Assembly (NCBI RefSeq): GCF_000931935.2
Contig: NZ_AZAC01000027.1
Coordinates: 7,194-31,193, forward strand
Source of the DNA: Dethiosulfatarculus sandiegensis
GTDB taxonomy: Bacteria > Desulfobacterota > Desulfarculia > Desulfarculales > Desulfarculaceae
DNA: 24,000 bases
Reading direction: 5' to 3'
Positions 10,058 to 18,636 of the stretch are shown piece after piece (positions within the stretch are counted from its first letter, which is position 1; the number at the start of each line of letters is the position of its first letter). Position numbers and translations under genes: made by a program. Under the pieces are notes generated by a model, which was not told the origin of the DNA, made no database searches, and worked only from the letters and a program-made list of their open reading frames with translations.

Positions 10058-10485
10058 TTGAGTGCGGTAACCGTGGTCCCTACGCCTGGAGATGACTCAA
10101 GGCTGAACTCATCCATGATTCTTTTTACGCTGGGCAACCCAAGTCCCAGGCCGGCGCCTCCACTGAAATGATCTTGCATGGCCTGTTCAATATCATGAAT
10201 CCCGGGGCCGGAATCCCGGGCGACCACCTCAATGCCCTCTCGCTCGCCTTCCATGATAATTCTTATGATCACTTGCCCGCGACCGGCATAACGCAAAATG
10301 TTGGTGGCCAGTTCCGAAACAGCCGAAGCTATCAAGAACTGCCGGTTTTTTTCAAAACCCATGTCGCGGGTAATGCTCCGAGCCGCGCTGACCGTAGTTG
10401 CGATGTCCGAAGGCTCAAACAGGTTGATCAAGGTCTCGTCAATAACCCGGGATCGATTCGTCAATCTGCCTCTCAATGGGGTCAT
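10045..10485 (-). CDS. rsbT: RsbT-like anti-sigma / switch serine-threonine kinase
   Basis: ARSITRDMGFEKNRQFLIASAVSELATNILRYAG (N-box), VVARDSGPGI (G1), GAGLGLGLPSVKRIMDEF (G2). Start re-assigned from 10539 to the ATG at 10485 (MTPLRGRL...), preceded by AGGAAGAGGAAA. Confidence 0.9.
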   Translation of the reverse strand: MTPLRGRLTNRSRVIDETLINLFEPSDIATTVSAARSITRDMGFEKNRQFLIASAVSELATNILRYAGRGQVIIRIIMEGEREGIEVVARDSGPGIHDIEQAMQDHFSGGAGLGLGLPSVKRIMDEFSLESSPGVGTTVTALKWRN

Positions 10486-10912
10486 TTTCCTCTTCCTGCG
10501 TATTATGATCCTCAAGATCTTCTTCTGTAGGATTTTCACTTTGGGAATCGCCGCGCAAAATCTCCAATCCGTCTTTCATGGTCAGGGCGGTTTCCAAGTC
10601 ATCCAACTCTATATCCAGGTCCACCAGGGCCGAAGCAACGCCGGCCTGGAAACCCACAAAAACGGCTCTTTTCCCCAACAGCTTGATCATGCGGAAGGTC
10701 TGGGCCAGTAACCCGAAGAGCACCGAATCAAGCAATCGCACCCGGGAAACGTCCAGCACCACGCCGCTTAAGGGTATTTTTTCCACCTTGGCCAGCACCT
10801 GCTCCCGTAACATCTGAAGTTCACGATCATCCGGCTCAGCGTTAACCGAAGCAACCAGACAGTCATCCACCACATGCATGCCGTCGCCGTTATGGGAAAT
10901 GACTTTCGACAT
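10439..10912 (-). CDS. rsbS: RsbS-like STAS-domain antagonist
   Basis: STAS motif LSGVVLDVSRVRLLDSVLFGLLAQTFRMIKLLGKRAVFVGFQAGVASALVDLDIEL, with Ser63 at the conserved phospho-acceptor position (LLDS). Acidic C-terminal tail. Confidence 0.9.
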   Translation of the reverse strand: MSKVISHNGDGMHVVDDCLVASVNAEPDDRELQMLREQVLAKVEKIPLSGVVLDVSRVRLLDSVLFGLLAQTFRMIKLLGKRAVFVGFQAGVASALVDLDIELDDLETALTMKDGLEILRGDSQSENPTEEDLEDHNTQEEENDPIERQIDESIPGY

Positions 10913-10977
10913 ATTGAGGGTTACTCTCCCGATTCTTCAGGTTTGAAAGGTGCAACCGCCAGGCCAAAGGTCAAAAG

Positions 10978-11790
10978 TTACCTGGTGCTGATTTCGTAAT
11001 TCAACATTTTAAAGGCATCCAAAAGGGCGTCTTCCAGGGTTGAGTTGGTGGACACCTCGCCCAGGCTTATGCCCAGCTCCACCAGGGTCTCCGCCACCTG
11101 GGCGGATATGCCTGAGATAATACAGCGGCAACCCATTAATTTTGTGGCCTTGGTTATTTTGATCAGATGGTTGGCCACGGCGGTGTCCACTGCGGCAACT
11201 CCCTGGATGTCCAGGATAATTACCTTGGAAGCGGTTTCGGTGATCTTGGTCAGCATGGCGTTCATCATCTGCTGGGCCCGCATGGAGTCCACTACTCCCA
11301 CCACGGGCAAGACCACTATGCGATCCCACAGCTTAATCGCCGGAGTGGATATTTCCTGGATAGTCCGGCTCTGCTCCTTAAGTTTTTTCTCCGCCCGCAG
11401 CCTTTCGGTGATGTCGAGGATATACTCCAGCCCGCCGACGACCGCTCCGCTCCCATCTCTGAGCGAGGCGGCGGTGTACTCAATTGGTATCTTGCGGCCG
11501 TTGATGTTGGCTTCGCTTAGGGCCGTACTCCTTTGGCCGGTTTCCATGGCCTCCTTCATGCGGCATTCCTGGTTGCCGCAATGAGTAGAATTCATCAAGG
11601 ACTTGCAAGGGGCTCCCTTGATCTGCTCCCAGGGCTTGCCCAGCATGACCCGGCCTGCTGCGTTCATGAATATCACGTGCAGGTTCCGGTCAACAGCCAT
11701 CACCGGCGTTGGTATCTGCTCTATAAGAGTCAACGCCAGCTCACTATTCATCTCTTCTTTGGCTATGGGATTTTTTATTGTCATCGCCAT
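10978..11790 (-). CDS. rsbR: RsbR-like protein, PAS-STAS
   Basis: N-terminal PAS (IPTPVMAVDRNLHVIFMNAAGRVMLG ... EYILDITERLRAEKK), linker QEISTPAIKLWDRIVVLPVVGVVDSMRAQQMM, and STAS VIILDIQGVAAVDTAVANHLIKITKATKLMGCRCIISGISAQVAETLVELGI. AAAGGA RBS. Confidence 0.9.
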   Translation of the reverse strand: MAMTIKNPIAKEEMNSELALTLIEQIPTPVMAVDRNLHVIFMNAAGRVMLGKPWEQIKGAPCKSLMNSTHCGNQECRMKEAMETGQRSTALSEANINGRKIPIEYTAASLRDGSGAVVGGLEYILDITERLRAEKKLKEQSRTIQEISTPAIKLWDRIVVLPVVGVVDSMRAQQMMNAMLTKITETASKVIILDIQGVAAVDTAVANHLIKITKATKLMGCRCIISGISAQVAETLVELGISLGEVSTNSTLEDALLDAFKMLNYEISTR

Positions 11791-11871
11791 GTTCCTTTTA
11801 GTGATATTAGGCCGTTTATAGGGATCACGAGGGCGGCCCTTTTACGCAAAACTCCATCCGCCTCCGTGGCT

Positions 11872-14800
11872 CTAATTTGCTATCTTATATTTTTTCGGCA
11901 GCCCCCCGACCTTAAGTAGCTCATTTATTTCTTCCTTCAGGGAAATCATCATCTCTTCTCTCCCCACCATCAGACGGCTGAAGCGCTCCAACTCGCCTAA
12001 ATTGCGCCGCAACTCCTCCTCGGCTTTCTTTTGTACGGTCACGTCCATGATCGTACCCACCATGCGAGTCACCAGGCCGTTATCATCATACTCAACTGCC
12101 TTGCCTTTACTTACCTGCCAGCGCAGCTCCCCCGATCCCAGGACCACCCGGTAGGTGACCTCATAATTGTCCCGCCCTCCCCGGCGGTACTTGTCCATCA
12201 TTTCGTCCATCATCCGGCGGTCGTCTTGATGAACGGCATCCCGCCAGAAGCGGTAGGGGTCTTCCAACTCCTCCAGGTCCACCTTCATCAGCTCGGCCCA
12301 GCGTCTATCCACCAGGATTTGGCTGGCCTGCAGGTCGGCGTCCCATATCCCCAGGTTGCCGCCCTCCAAGGCCAGATCAAGCCTTTGCTTGTTTTCCCGT
12401 ACACTAAGCTCCGCCTTTTTTTGGGCGCTGATGTCTGCAACCATGGCAAAGGAACCCGTCTTCCGGCCTGAATCGTCCAGAAAGGGGGTGGCATTGAACA
12501 GACAGGGGATCAGGACGCCGTCGGGCCTTGAAATGGATATCTCGTAGGCGGTTTCTTTCTGTTTTTCCCGTAGAGCCAGTTGCTTTTTTAAAATTTGCAG
12601 GTTTTCCTTGTCATAGAAATCAAAGATATGTCTATCCACAACCTGATCCCTGGGTCTTCCCAGTATGCGGCACATGGCCTCATTGACGTCTTTGGTATAG
12701 CCTTGGTTGTCTATGAACCAAAATCCGTCCAGAGCCGTTCCCAGGATTTTTTTCATGTAGTTTTCGCTGGCCTTGAGGGCGTTTTCCGCCTCTTTTCGCT
12801 CTGTAAAATCATGGGCGCTGGTGCGGAAGCCGGTGAACACTCCCTTATCATCAAAAACCGGGTTCCAGGAAATGGCCACCCACACCTGAAGCCCGTCCCT
12901 ACGTACAACCCGGAAGGGCAGGTCATTAGAGACTTTGCCGTCCAAGGCATGCTCCAAGCTGTCCCGCCAGGTCTGGTGGTCGTCAGGATGGATAAGAGGC
13001 AGGGGGTAGTCTCCCATGGCTTTGCATTCCTCGACCGAATAGCCGGTGATGCGTTCCACTGCCGGGTTGAGCCAGATCAAGCGGCCTTGTGCATCATGCC
13101 ACCCCTCCCAGTCATAGGTGTAGTCGGCGATGATGCGGAATTCATCCTGGGAGCGGCGCAAGGCATCCTCGGCCGCCTTGCGTTCTGTTATGTCGCGCAC
13201 CGTCCCCACTGCGTACCATTTTTCATCGAGCTGGAAGGAGGAGAGGGTAACCTCTACCGGGAATTCCTCGCCTCTGCGGTTACGGGCGGTGATTTCCGTG
13301 GTCTTGCCAAGCACCGGGCCCTGGCCGGTCTCGGCAAAGTGCTTTAAGCCGACGGCTATCTTGTTTCGGTACTTTTCCGGCGCGGCCATGTCATGGAAGG
13401 ACATGCCCTTGGCCTCTTCGGTGTTATAACCGAAGAGCCTCTCGGCGGCTGGATTCCAAAACAGCATCTTGCCATTACTGTCAATCATGACCAGGGCGTC
13501 CTCCACCGCTTGGCTCATGGCCATGACCATGCGTTGGTTGGCCAAGTTTTCCTGCTCGGCAAGCTTACGCTCTGTTATGTCCAGGATAAAACCATTGAAG
13601 ATAAGGCCATCGGCGGCGCTGGTGGGAAAGCCATTTAGCCTCACCCATTTAATCTCTCCGTCGGGCAGGAGGATGCGGCCCTCAAAATTGATGCTTTTTT
13701 CCTGCTCGACCGCTTGCTGAAAATTATTTTCGAGCCGTTTTCTATCATCCTGGTGGATTACCAGCAGGCGCTCTTCGTTTATAATCACCTCGGCCGGTGC
13801 TCCAAAGAACTCACTGGCCTGTTGGTTGAGATAGATGTATTTTCGTTTTCCATTGAAGGGAACATGCAGCTGAAATATCGCTCCCGGCACGTTGGCGGCC
13901 ATGGAAGTGAACCGTTCTTCCGCCTTTTTACGTTCAGCCACCTCTCCTGCGATCCGCCGGTTCCAGGCTATGACCACGGCCAGGATAAGGGCAAATACGA
14001 GAGCCGCCAGACCGCCCACTCGCGCCACATCTCCCCAGTCAAGCTGCCTGACCACCCTGATCTTCAGCCACTTTTCATAGATTAATGCTTTCTCTTTCTC
14101 GTCGAAACCGGGCAGAAATTTGTCCAGGATACTGACCAGCTCCGGCCAATCCTTACGGACTCCAATGGAAATTTTGTAGGTATAGGGAGATGTCGCGGCA
14201 ACCTTGAGGTTTTTGATGCCTTCTTTTCTTTTTACGAATTCCAAGGAAGCAACCGTTCCCACGGCGGCCATGGCCTCGCCGTCCGCGACCATGCGAAACG
14301 CCTCCGTCATGTTGTCGGTCAGCTTTAATCTTAATTCGGGGCGCTCCTTGGCGATAAATTGTTGGACGGCGTAACCTTTGCCTAAGGCAATAGTTTTCCC
14401 TTTTAAAGATGCAAGCCCCGAAACTATCGGCGCGTCATCTCTTGTGATAATCACCAGGGGGGCTTTGAAATAAGGTTTGGTGAAATTAAGATATTCTTCC
14501 CGTTCCTTGGTGTGAACAATCGATGAAACTGCATCCACGCGCTTGGCTTTGGCTTCATCAAGCATCTGATTCCAGGTAAGGCCCTTGACGGGTGAAAGTT
14601 CAATATTTAGTTGGCGGCTTAAAATGCGGATGTAATCAGAGCAAATACCCGCGTAATCTCCCTGACCGTCAAAGTATTCGAATGGGACCCAGGTTGGGTG
14701 CACGCCGAGTCGAATTTTTTTGTGATCCTTTATAAAGGCCTTTTCTTTGGCTGTAAGCTGGGTCTGGCTTATTCCTTGGTCTTTTAGCTCAACCCATTGC

Positions 14801-17022
14801 TGTCGAGTGTTCTTTACCTCCCTGGTGGTCAAATCACCCAAGGCCCTGTCTATAATAGCGGCCAGTTGAGGCCAGTCCTTACGCACTCCGATGGTTAAAA
14901 CCGAGCCCACTGAATCGCGCCGACCCTGGATTTGTAAATTGGAAATCAATTCTTTATTGATTATCCAAGAGGCCACGGCCCGGTTTCCCACATAAGCATC
15001 GGCCCGGCCTCGGGACACGGCATCCAGGGCCATGGCGGTGTTTGGGTATTCAACAATTTTTATTTGGCCGGGGTATTTTTTCTTGAAAGCCTTTACAGTC
15101 CCAAAGCCCTTTTCAAGAGCCAGGGTTTTGCCTTTCAAGTCTTCTTCCTTTTCATAATAGGGGCTTTCTTTACGGGCCACTATGACGTGGGGTATGTTCA
15201 GGTAGGGTCTGGTGAAGTTAAGGTATTTTTTACGCTCCGGCTTGGGTGTCACGTCCATGATTGCGTCTATTTCCTTATCCCTTGCCATGGCGAGATTAGT
15301 TTTAAAAGGCCCGGGCACAATTTCGAATATATCTCCGAGCCTCTCGCTCAATAGCTTCAGATAGCCAATATCAATACCGCTGGGTTTGCCTGAGGCAGAC
15401 AGAAAAGTGATCGGGGGCCAGGCATTCATGACCCCAATGCTGATTTTAGGATGTTGGGCCAGCCATTTTTTTTCCTGGGCAGATAATGTAAAGCGAGGGG
15501 CGCTATCTGCCTTTAGAGCTTTGATGGGCAGCCAGCGAAATTTCAGAGCCTGTATGTCTTCCCTTGATATTGCGTTGAGACCCTTTTGCAAAATATCACG
15601 CAATATGGATTGGTCTTTCAAGGTGGCCATGTGAAGCCTGGTTGCCTCGGGCTTCTCAAGTGACACTTCATCGACAATTTTCAAAGAGGGGATAACATTT
15701 TCCCCAAGTAAATACGTGATGACGCCCAGGCTGCCGATAAATGCGTCCGCTTTTCCCAAGGAAACAGCCTTCAGGCCGTCCAGGACATTATCCGCCTTGA
15801 CGGTTTTTATTTCCCGATGTCCTTTTGTTATGACCCTGGAAATGGAAAAGTCTTCCACTATGGCGAGTTTTTTCCCCGCGAGGTCTTCCAGCCTTCTGAT
15901 ATCCGGGGTTTTTTCATGCACAACCAATACCGAGGGATTGGCAGCGTAATAATTGCTCAGTGCGAATTCACGCTCCCTTTCCGCTGTCTTGTATATGGCA
16001 GGGAGAATGTCTATTTTTTTAGCTCTGAAATCCTTTAACAATTCGGCCCAGGTCAGTCCGTAGACAAATTTTAGCCTTAGCCCCACCTTTTGAGCCGCCA
16101 GGCGCAGCAGGTCATTGGAATAGCCCGTGGGGTTGCCGCTTAGTACGAAGTCAAAGGGAGGCCAGTCTGTTTCAGCGCCGACCACCACCGGGGTCTTTCT
16201 TTCGGTCAGCCATTTCCTTTCCGCTTGGCTGAGAGTAACCTCTGTTTCATCCTTGGCTAAATACCGAGGAAACTGTCTGTTCTTAATGGTTAGAATTTCT
16301 TTTGGGGAAATGGCGGCCAAGCCTTTGTTGACCTGGCCCAGCAGTGTGGGGCGATCCTTGGCAACCCCGGCCAATAGGGGATCTTTTGAAAATGGTGTTG
16401 CGCCTTTGATTATTTTTTCGCTTAAGCCCATTTGTGTAAGGAGCGCCTGGAAGGAAATTGCTTCAGCCGCCACGGCCCTGACCTCGCCTTGGTCCAATGC
16501 GCGGGCCAGTTGTTCCGGGGCGGCTATTTGCCTAAAGGCAATGTCAGGGTGTTTTTGAGTCAAAAGGCCTATGAAAAAGGAATCCTTGAGCACTGCCACA
16601 TCTTTGCCGGTCAACTCGGATGGCGCCACCGGGCCGCCCTTTTTGAGATAGAACAGACTGGTGTTAAAGGTGAACAAAGGTTTGGAAAAGTTCAGCCACT
16701 TGATCATGTAGGGTTCGCGCACAAGCCCACCGTGGATATCCGCCCGGCCGTCGCCCACCATGCGCAGAGTCTCGCCATAGGGCGCGGAGACGAACTCCAC
16801 CTTTATGCCCGTTTTTTCCGACCACAACCGCCAGATGTCCACCAGCCATCCCCGGGCCCGGCCTTTGTCGTCCAGTGTGCAAAAGGGCGGGTAATCATCA
16901 CAGATGGCCACATTCAACGAAATAAATTTTTTGGGGGCGCCATGGGCCGGGTCAGAAAGCGCGCACAGGCAAATCCAGACAGCCAGGGTTACTGCCAGGC
17001 TCCCTGTTAAAAATGCTTTCAT
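11872..17022 (-). CDS. Giant membrane sensor: signal peptide, 4x SBP_bac_3-like periplasmic domains, TM, about 5x PAS, no recognisable output domain
   Basis: 1716 aa. Signal peptide MKAFLTGSLAVTLAVWICLCALSDPAHG. Repeated SBP starts: LNVAICDDYPPF, VVVGAETDWPPFDF, ISIGVMNAWPPITF, IRLGVHPTWVPFEY. TM GLAALVFALILAVVIAW (about 13950-14030). PAS/PAC repeats start at FTSMAANVPGAIF, RMVMAMSQAVEDALVMI, FRIIADYTYDWEGW, MKKILGTALDGFWF, LDLALEGGNLGIWD. Ends ...SLKEEINELLKVGGLPKKYKIAN with no H-box or ATPase. Confidence 0.92.
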   Translation of the reverse strand: MKAFLTGSLAVTLAVWICLCALSDPAHGAPKKFISLNVAICDDYPPFCTLDDKGRARGWLVDIWRLWSEKTGIKVEFVSAPYGETLRMVGDGRADIHGGLVREPYMIKWLNFSKPLFTFNTSLFYLKKGGPVAPSELTGKDVAVLKDSFFIGLLTQKHPDIAFRQIAAPEQLARALDQGEVRAVAAEAISFQALLTQMGLSEKIIKGATPFSKDPLLAGVAKDRPTLLGQVNKGLAAISPKEILTIKNRQFPRYLAKDETEVTLSQAERKWLTERKTPVVVGAETDWPPFDFVLSGNPTGYSNDLLRLAAQKVGLRLKFVYGLTWAELLKDFRAKKIDILPAIYKTAEREREFALSNYYAANPSVLVVHEKTPDIRRLEDLAGKKLAIVEDFSISRVITKGHREIKTVKADNVLDGLKAVSLGKADAFIGSLGVITYLLGENVIPSLKIVDEVSLEKPEATRLHMATLKDQSILRDILQKGLNAISREDIQALKFRWLPIKALKADSAPRFTLSAQEKKWLAQHPKISIGVMNAWPPITFLSASGKPSGIDIGYLKLLSERLGDIFEIVPGPFKTNLAMARDKEIDAIMDVTPKPERKKYLNFTRPYLNIPHVIVARKESPYYEKEEDLKGKTLALEKGFGTVKAFKKKYPGQIKIVEYPNTAMALDAVSRGRADAYVGNRAVASWIINKELISNLQIQGRRDSVGSVLTIGVRKDWPQLAAIIDRALGDLTTREVKNTRQQWVELKDQGISQTQLTAKEKAFIKDHKKIRLGVHPTWVPFEYFDGQGDYAGICSDYIRILSRQLNIELSPVKGLTWNQMLDEAKAKRVDAVSSIVHTKEREEYLNFTKPYFKAPLVIITRDDAPIVSGLASLKGKTIALGKGYAVQQFIAKERPELRLKLTDNMTEAFRMVADGEAMAAVGTVASLEFVKRKEGIKNLKVAATSPYTYKISIGVRKDWPELVSILDKFLPGFDEKEKALIYEKWLKIRVVRQLDWGDVARVGGLAALVFALILAVVIAWNRRIAGEVAERKKAEERFTSMAANVPGAIFQLHVPFNGKRKYIYLNQQASEFFGAPAEVIINEERLLVIHQDDRKRLENNFQQAVEQEKSINFEGRILLPDGEIKWVRLNGFPTSAADGLIFNGFILDITERKLAEQENLANQRMVMAMSQAVEDALVMIDSNGKMLFWNPAAERLFGYNTEEAKGMSFHDMAAPEKYRNKIAVGLKHFAETGQGPVLGKTTEITARNRRGEEFPVEVTLSSFQLDEKWYAVGTVRDITERKAAEDALRRSQDEFRIIADYTYDWEGWHDAQGRLIWLNPAVERITGYSVEECKAMGDYPLPLIHPDDHQTWRDSLEHALDGKVSNDLPFRVVRRDGLQVWVAISWNPVFDDKGVFTGFRTSAHDFTERKEAENALKASENYMKKILGTALDGFWFIDNQGYTKDVNEAMCRILGRPRDQVVDRHIFDFYDKENLQILKKQLALREKQKETAYEISISRPDGVLIPCLFNATPFLDDSGRKTGSFAMVADISAQKKAELSVRENKQRLDLALEGGNLGIWDADLQASQILVDRRWAELMKVDLEELEDPYRFWRDAVHQDDRRMMDEMMDKYRRGGRDNYEVTYRVVLGSGELRWQVSKGKAVEYDDNGLVTRMVGTIMDVTVQKKAEEELRRNLGELERFSRLMVGREEMMISLKEEINELLKVGGLPKKYKIAN

Positions 17023-17720
17023 GACAACCTCATGGGTCTAATTGCACCATATTTATGTATGGTTGGGCAAGCCTTCTTACTATTTAATCTCTTTGTTTAG
17101 TAGGTTTTCGTTTTAAGCAAGCCAAACTTCCTCCCAGACTGATACGTCGGGCACCCCAAGTAGGGGATAAAGGGCTAATGAGATACCCCCTGATTGTTAT
17201 CTGGCTGGACAGGAGGCAGGCGGGTTGCGTTGCCCGATATCGAGGGCAGGGCCAACGCCTCCGGCATACTGCTAATCTTGCTATAGCTTCGCAACGGTCT
17301 GCCCGAGGTTGCAATCGGCCTGCACCTTTATTTATGGAGAAGCGAACCTCCTGGCTAGCAATCTGGAACCCGCTTGGTCGAGCGGGGTGGACTGGCTCAA
17401 TGTATCCCTTGAGGGCTGGGGCGGTTGCCCGTTTTTATCCGGCTCTCCCCTTTAAACCTTTTCAGTTGGCAAACAATGTAATTTTTAAAGGAAAAGGGAA
17501 TTGAACCGGGCATTGATCCGGTTAAGCTCAGAAAAGCGGGCAATCGGCGGAGATATATCCTTGGTCCAGAATCAAATGTCTTCCAGGTTAGCCACCTATG
17601 AGTATGAAAAATTAAATTAACTTCCCGTTTGGTACGTTTTCTCTTAAAAACAATGTGGCTGGTTTTTCGGTTTTACTACTATAAAATCAATTATATAAGC
17701 ATGTTAGGTAAAGGGTTCCA

Positions 17721-18406
17721 GTGACTCATTTTTTTGTAAATACTTCCCGTATGGGCGCGTGGGTCAGAAATATGGAACTCCGGGTCTTGTTAGAGATCAG
17801 CTGTATTATCGGTGAGACACTCAATCTGTCTCAAAGCCTGGAGCGGGTGTTGGGCATTATGTCCGGCACCCTGGCCATGAAACGCGCCACAGTCACCTTG
17901 CGGGATCCCCGCAGCGTCGGACTGCCCATCTTATGCCTCCCAAGGCCTCGGCGTGGAAAAAATGAAGGGCGGGGTGTACAGCCCATGGCGGGGGCGTCAC
18001 CGGCGGCCGCATATTTGAGACCGCCCACCCCTTTTATGTTCCGGATGTAAGCCGCGAGCCGCTCTTCTTGAATAAAACCCAGTCCCGCGATCTGGATAAA
18101 GGCAAGGTGGCCTTTGTGGGGGCGCCGATTTTCCTCAAGGGCGAGTCCATTGGAGTCCTGAATGTGGACTGTCTTTTTGGCGAGGAGATCTCCGACTGCC
18201 GTAACGTGCTGGTAAGCGGTATTGGCGAGGCCCCCGTGCACTGTTGGACGGTTATGGGGGTGGAGCCTTTGGAAGTTACCGGTTCTATAGAAGAAGCTTT
18301 GAGATTTATCTATACCGGGGATGACTTGTTGGCCATGCGGGTGCGTAAGGCCAAGGTCTGCTCCGTTTAAAAATTGGGGCGGGCCGGCGGTATGGGTTGC
18401 ATGTAG
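17721..18406 (+). pseudogene. nif relic: NifA-like N-terminal GAF region joined to a NifB/NifX-like C-terminal fragment, frameshifted
   Basis: Frame 1: NMELRVLLEISCIIGETLNLSQSLERVLGIMSGTLAMKRATVTLRDP. A frame shift around 17970-17990 continues as HGGGVTGGRIFETAHPFYVPDVSREPLFLNKTQSRDLDKGKVAFVGAPIFLKGESIGVLNVDCLFGEEIS. This is joined in frame to DCRNVLVSGIGEAP...MGVEPLEVTGSIEEALRFIYTG, then stop TAA (18368-18370) followed in frame by KLGRAGGMGCM and a second stop. Confidence 0.75.
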
Positions 18407-18636
18407 ATCGGCTTGGGAGAAGAGAATTTTTAGCTGAAGGCCACCGGTAATGCTGGTAGTGAGCAGGTTGTGACAGGGCGATGAACCCCCAAACGCTTCA
18501 TCCGACAACAGGAAAATAAACCCGCAGTTTTAATATGCAGCGAGCTTGAATTTGGTCTGCTCTTTTAATTTTAAAAATACTATTTCTCCGGTTAAGTGGT
18601 CGGTAAATTACATTTTTGAAAAACTGGGAGATGAAA

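Noticed and set aside
12595-13347. 250-aa plus-strand ORF and others at 12031-17010 on the plus strand
   Set aside because: Antisense to the PAS/SBP repeats of the giant sensor; no RBS or domain support.
10045-17022. A sigma-B-type sigma factor with RsbV/RsbW partner-switch proteins
   Set aside because: No sigma factor, RsbV or RsbW gene is present within the window; the STAS and ATPase proteins found fit RsbR, RsbS and RsbT.
17150-17330. Possible c-di-GMP (GEMM) or molybdenum-cofactor riboswitch upstream of the sensor gene, suggested by strings such as gcctccggc
   Set aside because: I could not fit the full conserved core of any riboswitch by eye on either strand; kept only as an unexplained intergenic region.
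17831-18508. 225-aa minus-strand ORF
   Set aside because: Lies opposite the nifA/nifB-like relic, whose protein similarity is clear on the plus strand; likely a fortuitous open frame.
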